This document shows, piece by piece, positions 9,224 to 19,346 of a DNA stretch of 64,000 bases. Each line of letters starts with the position of its first letter. The first letter of the stretch is position 1. Location: contig JAYOIK010000003.1 of assembly GCA_038118725.1 (NCBI GenBank), positions 1,485-65,484 of the forward strand. The letters are read 5' to 3'. This stretch comes from Alphaproteobacteria bacterium. GTDB taxonomy: Bacteria; Pseudomonadota; Alphaproteobacteria; Thalassobaculales; Thalassobaculaceae. The position numbers were made by a program, and so were the translations under genes. The notes beneath the pieces were generated by a model that saw only the letters and a program-made list of their open reading frames with translations, did not search any database and was not told the origin of the DNA.

Positions 9224-9510
9224 GACGCGCCTCCGCTCTTGTCCGAGAGATCCTCATGCGGCAGGCCGGTCGCCAGAACTTCGTGGGTCAGGGTGTTCCG
9301 CAGCACCCGGATGAAGGCGCGGCAGCCCTGAATATGCTGCCAGGTTTCCTGGTGCGGGCCGCGTGGGTTGTCGCGGATATAGACATAGTCGAACCAATCC
9401 GCGTCGCTTGCCTCGCCGGCATGGGCGGGTCGGCTTTTGGTGGCGTCGCCGATATAGCTGAATTCCTCGTGGTCCCGGAGACCGCAATAGGGGCAGTCGA
9501 GCCTGATCAT
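9220..9510 (-). CDS. soxD: sarcosine oxidase subunit delta
   Basis: 96 aa starting MIRLDCPYCGLRDHEEFSYIGD, the typical SoxD N-terminus with zinc-binding Cys residues. Confidence 0.9.
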   Translation of the reverse strand: MIRLDCPYCGLRDHEEFSYIGDATKSRPAHAGEASDADWFDYVYIRDNPRGPHQETWQHIQGCRAFIRVLRNTLTHEVLATGLPHEDLSDKSGGAS

Positions 9511-9520
9511 GTTCCGCCTC

Positions 9521-10777
9521 CTAGTGTCTGTTCGGGTAGGGGCCGGCGCCCCGTTCGTCGACCATGTAGCCGCGCTCGAATCTCTCGAGGTTCAGCCCGG
9601 CGTTAAACTCGTGCGGCGCGTCATTGGCGATGGTATGGGCGAAGACCCAGCCCGAGCCCGGGGTCGCCTTGAAGCCGCCATAGCACCAGCCGCAATTGAG
9701 ATAGAGATTATCGATCGGTGATTTCCCGATGATCGGGCTGCCGTCCATGGACATGTCCATCACCCCGCCCCAGTGTCGCAGGATGCGCAGGCGGGACAGG
9801 CTCGGGATCATCGCCAGCCCGGCGCTGACCACGTGCTCGATCATCGGCGTGTTCCCGCGCTGGGCGTAGGAATTGTACATGTCGATATCGCCGCCGAAGA
9901 CCAGGCCGCCCTTGTCGGACTGGCTGACATAGAAATGCCCGGCGCCGAAGGTCACCACGGTGTCGATCAACGGCTTCAGCGGCTCCGAGACAAAAGCCTG
10001 AAGCACGTGACTCTCGATCGGCAGCTTCATGCCGAGCTTGGAGGCCAGATATCCGGTATTGCCAGCCACCGCGAAACCGACCTTGCCGCAACCGATATCG
10101 CCGCGGGAGGTTTCGACCGCGGTAATCCGGTTGCCCTCGCGTTTGAAGCCGGTGACCTCGCAGTTTTGGATGATGTCGACGCCCAACCGGTCGGCGCCCC
10201 GCGCGAGGCCCCAGGCCACCGCGTCATGCCGCGCCGTGCCGCCGCGTGGCTGTTTCAGGCCACCATAGATCGGAAAGCGCGCGTTCTCGGAGAAATCGAG
10301 ATACGGCATCTCGCGCTGGACCTGCTTGCGGTCCAGCAGTTCGGCGTCGATCCCGTTCAGCCGCATGGAATTGCCGCGGCGCGCGAAGGCATCCATCTGG
10401 CTGTCGGAATGAGCGAGGTTGGTGACCGCGCGCTGGCTGAACATGACGTTGAAGTTCAACTCGTCGCTCAGCTGTTCCCAGAGTTGTAGCGACTTCTCGT
10501 AGAAATGCGCGTTCTCCTCGAGCATGTAATTGGAGCGCACGATCGTGGTGTTGCGTCCGGTATTGCCGCCGCCGAGATAGCCTTTCTCCAGCACCGCGAT
10601 ATTGCGGATGCCGTGGTTCTTGGCGAGATAAAAGGCGCTGGCCATGCCATGCCCGCCGGCTCCGACGATGATCACGTCGTAGCTCTTCTTGGGCTCCGGA
10701 TCGCGCCAGGCCCGCCGCCAGTCCTTGTGACCGGTCAGCGCGTGGCGCAGCAAACTGAAAGCGGAATATTCGGCCAT
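9521..10777 (-). CDS. soxB: sarcosine oxidase subunit beta
   Basis: MAEYSAFSLLRHALTGHKDW...YDVIIVGAGGHGMASAFYLA, ~418 aa. I chose the internal ATG 10777 over the extended track start 10870. Confidence 0.95.
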   Translation of the reverse strand: MAEYSAFSLLRHALTGHKDWRRAWRDPEPKKSYDVIIVGAGGHGMASAFYLAKNHGIRNIAVLEKGYLGGGNTGRNTTIVRSNYMLEENAHFYEKSLQLWEQLSDELNFNVMFSQRAVTNLAHSDSQMDAFARRGNSMRLNGIDAELLDRKQVQREMPYLDFSENARFPIYGGLKQPRGGTARHDAVAWGLARGADRLGVDIIQNCEVTGFKREGNRITAVETSRGDIGCGKVGFAVAGNTGYLASKLGMKLPIESHVLQAFVSEPLKPLIDTVVTFGAGHFYVSQSDKGGLVFGGDIDMYNSYAQRGNTPMIEHVVSAGLAMIPSLSRLRILRHWGGVMDMSMDGSPIIGKSPIDNLYLNCGWCYGGFKATPGSGWVFAHTIANDAPHEFNAGLNLERFERGYMVDERGAGPYPNRH

Positions 10778-11108
10778 GAGCGGGGAGGGTCCACACATCA
10801 GAGGATGACGAGGTCGCGAGAATCGACCTGTCTCGCTTTTAGCATCCCCGGGGAAGGCCCAAAAGCCCAATACGGACGGAGAATATGGCGAATTCGCCGT
10901 TCTAGGATTTCACGAGGCGAAGATGGGGAGGTCTTTTAGGTGCATCTGGGTCGGATGGTGCGAATTGCTGGTCGTGGGCGGTCTTGGGAGCGGAGGCTTC
11001 CAGTCGCGTAATCGTCACGATCATCGTTGATCCGGGGTCGTTGTCGAATGGTGGAAGCGTGGGTTTTAAATATTCGAGGCCGGCTTGGGTTACAGGGAAC
11101 GACTTCTT

Positions 11109-11730
11109 TCACTTCGTCCGCTCCGCCAAGCGCTCGGTGATCGCCGCCGACAGTCGTCCGGCTTCTCCGGCCATTGCGTCGATGATTGTCAGGGCCGGCT
11201 GACGGACGATGCCCTCGATGGTCAGACGGTCACCGCCTTGCGCGACGACCCGGTCCACCAGTTGACCGAACTCGCGCTCCCGGGATCGTCACGCGGGTCG
11301 GGTTGCTGGCGAACCAACGCGCGGCATTTGCCCGGATCGGGCCGAGGCTTTCATTGGTCTTGATGAAATCGCGGTCCCGGACCCCCGTCGCGTCCGGGCC
11401 GAGGCGGGCGATCATCTCGATGGCGATCCAGGCGAACCACCAGCGCCAGGGATCGGCGCGCAGCTCTCCATCGTCATAGACGTCCTGCAGCAGATGCAGC
11501 GTGGTCATCGGCGCGTCGGCCTTCAATCGCACCACCTGAGGCGGCAACGCGGTGATGGTCAGGGCTTGGAAGCGCCTGTCCGGCGTCTTGCGGGAGAACA
11601 ACCCGTCGGCCTTGTCGCCCCTCAGCCCGGCGGCGACCATCAGCTCGTCGGTTTCGGTGACCTCGAACCAGTGCCGCAGGGCCATCGCCATGCCGCGAAT
11701 TTGATCGTTGACGGTCGAGGCTTCAGGCAT
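11109..11730 (-). pseudogene. hypothetical protein, apparently interrupted by a single-nucleotide frameshift near 11280-11288
   Basis: The reading frame from ATG 11730 (GGAGG 5 nt upstream) loses G/C-rich third positions after ...NPTRVTIPG and stops at 11230. Another frame is open from 11288 to the stop at 11109-11111. It has coding-like codon usage (EREFGQLVDRVVAQGGDRLTIEG...) but no start codon. The total span is 622 nt, one more than a multiple of three. Confidence 0.5.
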
Positions 11731-11954
11731 ACGCATCCTCCACGTCTTATGATAAAATGTTCCGGGTGGTTTAGGGAGACAGGACCACGCGTCGGCCCGA
11801 GCGGCGGAACGACGCGGTGAAACTTCTTGGACTTGCCGCGAAAATTGGTGATGATCGGCGCTCAACCGGCACCAAGCCGGAGCGGGTCGACTATCGGGTT
11901 GCCGGCAACCCGAATAAGCGCTGGAACGAGGGGGAGCCTCGCGGCTCGCGACGC

Positions 11955-13409
11955 ATGAGGGATTTGGAACTAGGTTTCCTTGGTCGCATCGGGGCGGCGA
12001 TCAATCACCTTTTTCGCGATCGGGAAATCATCCTGCGGTCGGACGGTCGGATCCGTTATTTCACCCTGACCCGGCGCTTGCAGTTGTCCTTGGTTGTCGG
12101 TTGGTTCCTGATCGCCGGTTGGGTCGGATTCGCGACCATCGGCTATGTGAAGCAGTTTTCCCTGATTGAGGCCAAGAACCAGGCGATTTGGCGCTCCCAG
12201 GCGTCCTACCGCGAGCTTTTGGATCAGGTTTCCGACTATCAGCTCTCCATCGTCAGCATTACTCGGGACCTGAAGGAAACCCAGGCGCATCTGCGGCGCC
12301 TGTTCGATCAGAACGAAACCCTGAAACACACGCTCTATTCGACCGAAAACGAGTTGAAACTCACTCAGGTGGAGCGGGACAGGATCACCACCGGACGCAC
12401 CGCCCTGCGCGATCAGTTTGAACTGCTCGGCAAGGAAGTGCGCCGCATGACCAGCAAGAACAACGCGCTGGAAAGCCATATCGGCAACCTGCGCGGGCAT
12501 CTGGAAAGCGTGCAGGCGGAGAAGGCGGAGATCGCGGCGGAACGTCGGGCGATGGGGGATCGGCTCTGGCGGTTGAGCAACGATTTGCAGGGCTCGATCA
12601 TGCGTGGTGAGCAGCTGGAGTCGACCATCGCCTCGCTTCGTTCCGATTTGCGCAATGCCATGATCAGCAAGGGCGCGATCGCGGTCGAGAACGATACCTT
12701 GCGCGCGCGGGTCGTGAACCTGGAAACCAGCCTCGCCGAGGAAGCCGAACAGCATCGCGCCCAACTGGAGGCGATTTCGGAGCGGGCGCTCAAGAACATT
12801 CATAAACTTGAAGCGGTTCTGACGCGGACCGGCCTCGATCTTCAGAACATCGCGCCCCTGCCCAAGGGGACGATCATGGGGCAGGGCGGTCCTTTCGTGC
12901 CCTATCATCCGGATATGCGACCGACCGAGGACGTGGATGCGCTCGAGGCGGAGATCCAGGTCAATATCGACCGCTGGGCCCAGCTGCGGGATCTCATGGC
13001 GACCGTGCCGCTCATCGCGCCGATCGAGAAGGGCTACACCTCCAGCCGTTTCGGTCGCCGCAAGGATCCGATCACCAAGCGTTGGGCGATGCACAAGGGG
13101 GTGGATCTGAGTGCTCCCTACAAGACGCCCGTGCATGCCACGGCTCCTGGAACGGTGGTTTTCGCCGGGCGCCGGGCGTTCTACGGACATACAATAGACG
13201 TGCAACATGAAAATGGGCTCATGACACGCTACGCCCATCTGTATAGGATCAAGGTTAAACGAGGACAAAAGGTCGATCTCGGCGAGACAATCGGTCTGCT
13301 CGGAAGCTCTGGTAGGAGCACGGGGCCGCACGTTCACTACGAGATTCGGCACTTGGGTAAGGCACTCAATCCCAGGAAGTTCCTAAGGGCGACACGAAAT
13401 GTTCAATAA
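11955..13409 (+). CDS. membrane-anchored coiled-coil M23 family peptidoglycan endopeptidase (LmdC-like)
   Basis: Short cytoplasmic N-terminus, one TM segment (LSLVVGWFLIAGWVGFATIGYV), a long heptad-rich region, and a C-terminal M23 domain (HKGVDLSAP...GPHVHYEIR). Start at ATG 11955 is uncertain. Confidence 0.85.
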   Translation: MRDLELGFLGRIGAAINHLFRDREIILRSDGRIRYFTLTRRLQLSLVVGWFLIAGWVGFATIGYVKQFSLIEAKNQAIWRSQASYRELLDQVSDYQLSIVSITRDLKETQAHLRRLFDQNETLKHTLYSTENELKLTQVERDRITTGRTALRDQFELLGKEVRRMTSKNNALESHIGNLRGHLESVQAEKAEIAAERRAMGDRLWRLSNDLQGSIMRGEQLESTIASLRSDLRNAMISKGAIAVENDTLRARVVNLETSLAEEAEQHRAQLEAISERALKNIHKLEAVLTRTGLDLQNIAPLPKGTIMGQGGPFVPYHPDMRPTEDVDALEAEIQVNIDRWAQLRDLMATVPLIAPIEKGYTSSRFGRRKDPITKRWAMHKGVDLSAPYKTPVHATAPGTVVFAGRRAFYGHTIDVQHENGLMTRYAHLYRIKVKRGQKVDLGETIGLLGSSGRSTGPHVHYEIRHLGKALNPRKFLRATRNVQ

Positions 13410-13878
13410 CAAAAAAGAAGTCACCACGCCGACCGCCAGCGCGACCAAGAACGCCGCGCCGTCCCTGCTCAGTTCGGATCTGGTAATCAATGGAAACCTC
13501 GAGAGCGACGGCGACATGCAGGTCGACGGCACTGTTGAGGGCGACATCAAAAGCAAGCAATTGACGATCAGCGCGACCGCCGTTGTGCGCGGCTCCATCG
13601 AGGCGGAATCCGTGGTGATCGCCGGAAACGTCACTGGCCAGATCAAGGCGCGCCATGTGACCTTGAACAAGAGCGCCAAGGTGATCGCCGACGTTATCCA
13701 AGAGCGCCTGACCATCGAGCCTGGGGCCTTTTTCGAGGGTAACTGCCGGCACTTCCCTGGCGAGGAAGAAGTCGCCCCCAGGCGGATCGAGCAGAAGGCG
13801 CCGGCCAAGCCAAATGGGGCGGGCGCCGATGCGAAGCCCGCCAAGGCCGAGGAGGTCGCGGCGAGCGACGCCGCCTGA
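13399..13878 (+). CDS. bactofilin family cytoskeletal protein
   Basis: Repetitive beta-helical DUF583 pattern (INGNLESDGDMQVDGTVEGDIKSKQLTISATAVVRGSIEAESVVIAGNVTGQIKA) and a Pro/Ala-rich tail. It overlaps the M23 gene by 11 nt. Confidence 0.9.
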   Translation: MFNNKKEVTTPTASATKNAAPSLLSSDLVINGNLESDGDMQVDGTVEGDIKSKQLTISATAVVRGSIEAESVVIAGNVTGQIKARHVTLNKSAKVIADVIQERLTIEPGAFFEGNCRHFPGEEEVAPRRIEQKAPAKPNGAGADAKPAKAEEVAASDAA

Positions 13879-13927
13879 CCGGTTCCCCGGATTTCGCGCC
13901 GAGAAGCCGAGAGCTAGCGATACCGCG

Positions 13928-16129
13928 TTAACGTGACCGCGCGACGACCGTCGCCGCGCAAGTCGGCGCGGTTTCTTCGTTGAGGCTCGAGAGGCAGTCC
14001 CCGTTCCGGATGGCTCCCGCGGCATCGGCATTTCGCCATCCAGTTTCCTGGGAGCCCAGGCGCAGCCGGTAGACTTGCATCGCCTCCAATACACGCTGTA
14101 CGTAGTTTCGCGTCTCGGCGAAGGGGATACGCTCGATCCAATCGATCATATCCACGGTACCCAGGCGCGGGTCGCCGCGTTCCTTCAGCCACCGTGTTAC
14201 CCGATGGGGGCCCGCGTTGTAAGCGGCCAGCGCGAGGACGTATTCGCCGCCGAACCGGTCAATTTGAGCCTTCAGATAACGGGACCCGAGGCGCATGTTG
14301 TAATCAGGGTCGACGGTCAAGCGCCCGCGTCCATAAGGAAGCTTGAGACCCCGCGCCACGTTGCGGGCCGTCGCCGGCATCAATTGCATGAGCCCTAAAG
14401 CCCCGACCCGGCTGCGCGCGGCCTCGTCAAAGCCGCTTTCCTGTCGTATCACCGCCAGGGTCAAAGCCGGTTCCGGCGCGTCCCGGCGCGGCACGTCGAT
14501 CAAGGGATATCCCGCGTCGCTCAGGATATGACCGGAGCGCGCGGCGCGTCGGGCTGTATAAACGCCGATATCGAGATAGCCGCGCGAGCGGGCGCTGGCG
14601 GCGACCCAGACCGCCTCGTCGCGCGACATCGCGGCGCGCGCCGCCTCGCGAAAGAAACGTCGCGCCAGCTTTTCCCGTTTTATTTCGGAAAGCGCGACGG
14701 CGATTTCGACCAATTCCCGGATGCCGTCGCTGGTGGGTATGGCCGCCGCGGGCGTCGGCGCGGCCGGGAGTTTCTGAATGCTTGAAGGCACCTTTTCAGC
14801 CGCGAGCTGACCATAGAAGGTGGTCTGGTGAACGGCGGCGCGGGCGTACCAGCTCTGAGCGGCGGTTTCCGCGCCGGAGCTTTCCAGGGCCCGCCCGGCC
14901 CAGTAGGCGGCCCGCGCCCGACTGATCGGGGTTTTTACCCGGGCGTGCAGATCGGTGAAATAGCCCGCCGCCTCGGTTGCCTTGTCACGATAGCGTAGCG
15001 CGATCCACCCGGCGTGCCACTGGGCATCGGCGAAAGCGGCGCCCTTGCGCTGCACATGCCCCGCCGCGAGGAGATAGGCATCCTCGAGCCGCCCGCTATC
15101 CAAGGCATAGCGCACCTGGCGCGAACGCTCTTTCCACCAAAGCGCGCGAAACTCAGGCGTTTCCGGCATGTCCCATAGCAATTCCAGGGCCTCGTCCTTC
15201 AATCCCTTGCGATGACGCCAACGAAGTCGCTCATAGATCAGTCCTGGATCCGAGCGCAGTGTCTCGGGCACCCGCTTGATTGCGCCATCCACTCCGCCTG
15301 ACATCGCGCGCAGATGTAGCCGGGCCTGAGCCAGACGTCGTTGTCCCGGTGATACCAAGCGCATCATCGCGCGCGCCGGGCCGGTCGCTCCAAGCCAAAG
15401 GAGCCGGTCCATGCGCCGCCAATGATCCTCTGGCCCCAACGCGGCGCGATGCTCCCGCAAAAACCGCTTTTGCTGCGAGGAAGTAAAGCGGGCCCGTGAC
15501 CAGGTTTCCCGCACCGCCTTGGCGACCGCCGTCGCGTCTCCGGTTTCCTTTAGCGCGGCGATCCACTGTAGATATCCGGCACCGGTCGTGGCTGGATTGC
15601 TCTTGAACCATGCGAGCCGGTCCGCGACCGGTTCCTTGCCGGTCATTAACTCTTCGGCTCGGCGTACCAGATTCCGTCTTCTCGGCCATGCCTTGCGCCG
15701 CGCGAGAAAGTCGGCGATTTCGGCGAAACCGGCCTGGGCCCGCCCATCCTCCAGACGCATCCAGTTGAGCACGGTTTCCAACGAACGCTCTCGAGGTGAT
15801 CTGTCGAGCTGGGACAGTTCTGTCCAGGCGCCGCGTTCCGCGAGGTCCAGCGCCGGACCGTAGGCCTTGGCGAGCTCGGACGGGATCGCCCAGGCCGGTC
15901 TATAGCCCGGTTTGGCGACGGGAAGGGGAAGGACGGGGTTTGTACTCGCGCCGCGCGTGGGAGCTTCCGGGCTCGGGCGCTGCTTCGGCAGGGGCGGGCC
16001 CGAGGCATTCAGTGAAACGGGAAACGCCAGGGACAGGATCAGGGATGATAGAGCCACCGGCCCCGAGGCGACGCGCCATGGGAACTTCCAAGCTGAGGCA
16101 CGTTTGACGGCGGCGCGACAGGTCAACAA
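13928..16129 (-). CDS. soluble lytic murein transglycosylase (Slt70 family)
   Basis: 733 aa with a signal-like N-terminus, a long superhelical U-domain, and a C-terminal SLT domain (IRQESGFDEAARSRVGALGLMQLMPATA...AAYNAGP). Confidence 0.85.
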   Translation of the reverse strand: MLTCRAAVKRASAWKFPWRVASGPVALSSLILSLAFPVSLNASGPPLPKQRPSPEAPTRGASTNPVLPLPVAKPGYRPAWAIPSELAKAYGPALDLAERGAWTELSQLDRSPRERSLETVLNWMRLEDGRAQAGFAEIADFLARRKAWPRRRNLVRRAEELMTGKEPVADRLAWFKSNPATTGAGYLQWIAALKETGDATAVAKAVRETWSRARFTSSQQKRFLREHRAALGPEDHWRRMDRLLWLGATGPARAMMRLVSPGQRRLAQARLHLRAMSGGVDGAIKRVPETLRSDPGLIYERLRWRHRKGLKDEALELLWDMPETPEFRALWWKERSRQVRYALDSGRLEDAYLLAAGHVQRKGAAFADAQWHAGWIALRYRDKATEAAGYFTDLHARVKTPISRARAAYWAGRALESSGAETAAQSWYARAAVHQTTFYGQLAAEKVPSSIQKLPAAPTPAAAIPTSDGIRELVEIAVALSEIKREKLARRFFREAARAAMSRDEAVWVAASARSRGYLDIGVYTARRAARSGHILSDAGYPLIDVPRRDAPEPALTLAVIRQESGFDEAARSRVGALGLMQLMPATARNVARGLKLPYGRGRLTVDPDYNMRLGSRYLKAQIDRFGGEYVLALAAYNAGPHRVTRWLKERGDPRLGTVDMIDWIERIPFAETRNYVQRVLEAMQVYRLRLGSQETGWRNADAAGAIRNGDCLSSLNEETAPTCAATVVARSR

Positions 16130-16296
16130 CGGCTCCCGTCGGAAATTCGAAGACCCAATCCTCTTACTTTACAGATGCTTAGAAGGATAAACAAGCCAAG
16201 GTCTTGCCGCCCGCGCGGGCCGGGCGTATTGTCCGCCGTCTGGTCCACGTGATCCGTGGTTTGGCGCCGGCTTGGCCCCGGTAAGGGAGATGCATC

Positions 16297-17196
16297 ATGA
16301 CGTATAATCCAGGAAACCCGCTGTTCAAGGGCTCTCTCGTGGCGCTGATTACGCCCTTCAAGGATGACGGCGTGGACGAGGAAGCGTTCCGCAAGCTCGT
16401 TAACTGGCAGATAGACGAGGGGACCGACGGCTTGATCCCGGTGGGCACGACAGGCGAATCGCCAACCCTCAGCCATGAGGAGCACAAGCGGGTTGTCGAG
16501 CTCTGTGTCGAGGAGGCCAACGGCCGGGTTCCCGTCATTGCCGGAGCCGGTTCCAACTCCACCGCCGAGGCGGTCGATTTCACGCGCCACGCCAAGGAAG
16601 CCGGCGCGGACGCGGTCTTGCACGTGACGCCGTACTACAACAAGCCGACCCAGGAAGGCATGTACCGGCATTTCACGGCCATCGCCGAGGCGGTCGATAT
16701 TCCGATCATCATCTACAACATCCCGCCGCGCAGCGTGATCGATATGTCCATCGACACCATGAAGCGTTTGGCCGAGCATCCCAATGTCGTCGGCGTCAAG
16801 GACGCGACCGCCGACTTGGTGCGCCCGCTCAAGACCCGTTTGGCGATCGGTCCGGATTTCTGCCAGCTTTCGGGCGAGGACGCGACGATCATGCCGTATT
16901 TGGCCCAGGGCGGGCATGGCTGTATTTCGGTGACCTGCAATGTCGCGCCAGGGCCGCTTTCGGAAATGCATAAGGCTTGGCAGGCGGGGGACGTGGCGAC
17001 GGCCATGTCGATCAACGATCGGCTGTTGCCGCTACATGACGCGCTGTTCTGCGAGACCAGCCCGGGACCGGTAAAGTACGCCGCCAGCCTACTGGGGATC
17101 TGCTCGCCGGACGCACGTCTGCCGATTTGCGAGATCGCCGATTCAAGCAAGCAGCGGGTCGAGGACGCGATGCGGCACGCGGGACTGCTGAACTAA
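16297..17196 (+). CDS. dapA: 4-hydroxy-tetrahydrodipicolinate synthase
   Basis: [12 protein letters not shown]...[14 protein letters not shown]...YNKPTQEG...GVKDAT are classic DapA motifs. Confidence 0.95.
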   Translation: MTYNPGNPLFKGSLVALITPFKDDGVDEEAFRKLVNWQIDEGTDGLIPVGTTGESPTLSHEEHKRVVELCVEEANGRVPVIAGAGSNSTAEAVDFTRHAKEAGADAVLHVTPYYNKPTQEGMYRHFTAIAEAVDIPIIIYNIPPRSVIDMSIDTMKRLAEHPNVVGVKDATADLVRPLKTRLAIGPDFCQLSGEDATIMPYLAQGGHGCISVTCNVAPGPLSEMHKAWQAGDVATAMSINDRLLPLHDALFCETSPGPVKYAASLLGICSPDARLPICEIADSSKQRVEDAMRHAGLLN

Positions 17197-17245
17197 CGGA
17201 CATCATTGGCGTTTAACGCCACGATCTAGATACCTGGAGGCTGCC

Positions 17246-17716
17246 ATGGCGGCCGGAACGGACACGCGCCCGATCGCGCAAAATCGGCGCGCGCGTTACG
17301 ACTATTTCATCGACGAGACCGTCGAAGCCGGCATTATCCTCGTCGGGACGGAGGTCAAGTCCCTGCGCGAGGGAAAGGCGAGCATCGGCGAGGCCTATGC
17401 CGGCGAGTCGGGCGGTGCCTTGGCCCTGTTCAACGCCAATATCCCGGAATACGCCGCCGCGAACCGATTCAACCATGAACCCCGCAGGGTCCGTCTTTTG
17501 CTGGTGCACAAGAAGGAGCGCGACCGGCTTTTGGGACTGGTGCGGCGCGAGGGCTGCACGATCGTGCCGCTCTCCGTCTATTTCAATCATCGGGGCATTG
17601 CCAAGGTTCAGCTCGGCGTGGCGCGCGGCAAGCGCAAGGTCGACAAGCGCGAGGACAGCAAGCGACGGGATTGGCAGAGGGAAAAGTCGCGACTGATGAG
17701 AAGCAAGGATTTATAG
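17246..17716 (+). CDS. smpB: SsrA-binding protein
   Basis: [38 protein letters not shown]... with a basic C-terminal tail. Confidence 0.95.
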   Translation: MAAGTDTRPIAQNRRARYDYFIDETVEAGIILVGTEVKSLREGKASIGEAYAGESGGALALFNANIPEYAAANRFNHEPRRVRLLLVHKKERDRLLGLVRREGCTIVPLSVYFNHRGIAKVQLGVARGKRKVDKREDSKRRDWQREKSRLMRSKDL

Positions 17717-17816
17717 ATACAACAACAAGTTATTCGACTTATTTAAGATAATGGATTGTATGGTGCAGCGAGCATCCAAGCTCCTTGGAGCGCCTTTCAC
17801 TTAGCGAACCCGCCAC

Positions 17817-18461
17817 CTATGCCTCGTCCAAGCACTGTCTGATATCCCGAAAAACATCCTCGAACATCGCCTCGGTCAATCGACCGGTATTCGTGTTGTA
17901 GCGCGAGCAGTGATAGGAGTTCGCCAGCACGGGTCGGTCCGGTAGCGCATGCATGGCCTGGTGGGAGAATTTGAAGTCGGCCTTGCGGATGCCCAGAACC
18001 GTCAGAACCGCGCCATGAGCCAGCCCGCCGAGGGCCAGCATCACCTTGAGGTTCGGCATCGCCTCGATCTCGTCCAACAGAAACGGCGCGCAGGCCCTGA
18101 CCTCGGCGCCGACCGGCTTGTTCTCCGGTGGCACACAGCGCACGGCGTTGGTGATCCGGCAATCAACGAGGGTCAGACCGTCATCGGGGCGGGAATCATA
18201 CCGCCCCCGGCTGAAACCGAAACGGTCGATGGTCTGATAAAGCAGATCACCCGCCCAATCGCCGGTGAAAGGCCGCGACGTTCGGTTCGCGCCGCGCAGA
18301 CCGGGAGCTAGCCCGACGATCAACAAGCGTCCGTTGATGTCGCCGAAGGAGTCCACCGGCGCGTTGTGCCAATCCGGAAATTTCGCGCGTTGCTCAACCC
18401 GAAAATCAACAAGGCGCGGGCAAAGCGGACAGTCCCGTCCGGGTTGCGATGGGATCGGCAT
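17817..18461 (-). CDS. uracil-DNA glycosylase superfamily protein, family 5 (UdgB)-like
   Basis: CPLCPRL...GLAPGLRGANRTSRPFTGDWAGDLLY...HCSRYNTNTG show UDG family 4/5-type motifs. Confidence 0.8.
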   Translation of the reverse strand: MPIPSQPGRDCPLCPRLVDFRVEQRAKFPDWHNAPVDSFGDINGRLLIVGLAPGLRGANRTSRPFTGDWAGDLLYQTIDRFGFSRGRYDSRPDDGLTLVDCRITNAVRCVPPENKPVGAEVRACAPFLLDEIEAMPNLKVMLALGGLAHGAVLTVLGIRKADFKFSHQAMHALPDRPVLANSYHCSRYNTNTGRLTEAMFEDVFRDIRQCLDEA

Positions 18462-18495
18462 GGGCTACGGCGTGTTGTGGGCCGACGAGAGAGCG

Positions 18496-19155
18496 TCAGT
18501 AGTTGCCGCGCCGCGTGGTGACCTCGGCCTCGTCGTCGAAATCCTCGTCATCGTAGTCGTCATCGTCCTCGAGATCGGCGTTATCGCGGGCCAAATTGTT
18601 GTGTGCCGGCCGCGGCGGGCGGTCTCCGTGGGAGCGGGCGATCTGCTCGGAGAGCTGCTGGAGCTCCAGAAACACGTCGGCCTGACGGCGCAGCTCGTCT
18701 GCGACCATCGGCGGATGCGAACGCACGGTCGAGACCACGGTGACCCGCACGCCCTTGCGCTGCACGGCCTCGACCAGCTTGCGGAAGTCGCCGTCACCGG
18801 AGAACAGTACGATGTGGTCCAGACGCTCCGCCATCTCCAGCATGTCGATGGCGAGCTCGATATCCATGTTGCCCTTGATCTTCCGGCGACCCGAGGCGTC
18901 GGTGTATTCCTTGGTCGGCTTGGTGACCATGGTGTAACCGTTGTAGTCGAGCCAGTCGACCAGGGGGCGGATCGGCGAGTATTCCTGATCCTCGATCAGG
19001 GCGGTGTAGTAAAACGCGCGAACCAGACGACCGTTTTTCGCGAATACATCCAAAAGGCGTTTGTAATCAATATCAAAACCCAGGGAGCGGGCGGCGGCGT
19101 AAAGGTTGGCGCCGTCAATGAAAAGCGCGATGCGCTCTTGCGGATAAAAATGCAT
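18496..19155 (-). CDS. NYN/LabA-like domain protein (DUF88) with an acidic C-terminal tail
   Basis: RIALFIDGANLYAAARSLGFDIDYKRLL...HIVLFSGDGDFRKLVEAVQRKG; the tail is DDDDYDDEDFDDE. Confidence 0.8.
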   Translation of the reverse strand: MHFYPQERIALFIDGANLYAAARSLGFDIDYKRLLDVFAKNGRLVRAFYYTALIEDQEYSPIRPLVDWLDYNGYTMVTKPTKEYTDASGRRKIKGNMDIELAIDMLEMAERLDHIVLFSGDGDFRKLVEAVQRKGVRVTVVSTVRSHPPMVADELRRQADVFLELQQLSEQIARSHGDRPPRPAHNNLARDNADLEDDDDYDDEDFDDEAEVTTRRGNY

Positions 19156-19346
19156 TAAGTTTTCCTCTCCACCCGCCTCTTGCGGGAAATGAATGTCGGT
19201 CGGTTGACGTCTATGGTGGCTTCACACTGGGTGACATACGGCTAATAGCGCGCATCATCGGCGAAAGCGCTGGGACTATACACGATTTATCCGGCATTGT
19301 CCGTAGTATTTGCTTGGTTCCGTGAGAGCGGGATGTTTGGAGTCTT

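Noticed and set aside
10902-11024. ~40-codon minus-strand ORF (MIVTITRLEASAPK...) in the gap between the soxB promoter region and the frameshifted gene.
   Set aside because: Codon bias is mixed, I recognise no motif, and it is below the size at which sequence alone gives support.
17717-17816. Possible tmRNA (ssrA) or other ncRNA next to smpB.
   Set aside because: The region is too short and AT-rich. It has no tRNA-like acceptor/T-arm sequence and no tag reading frame.
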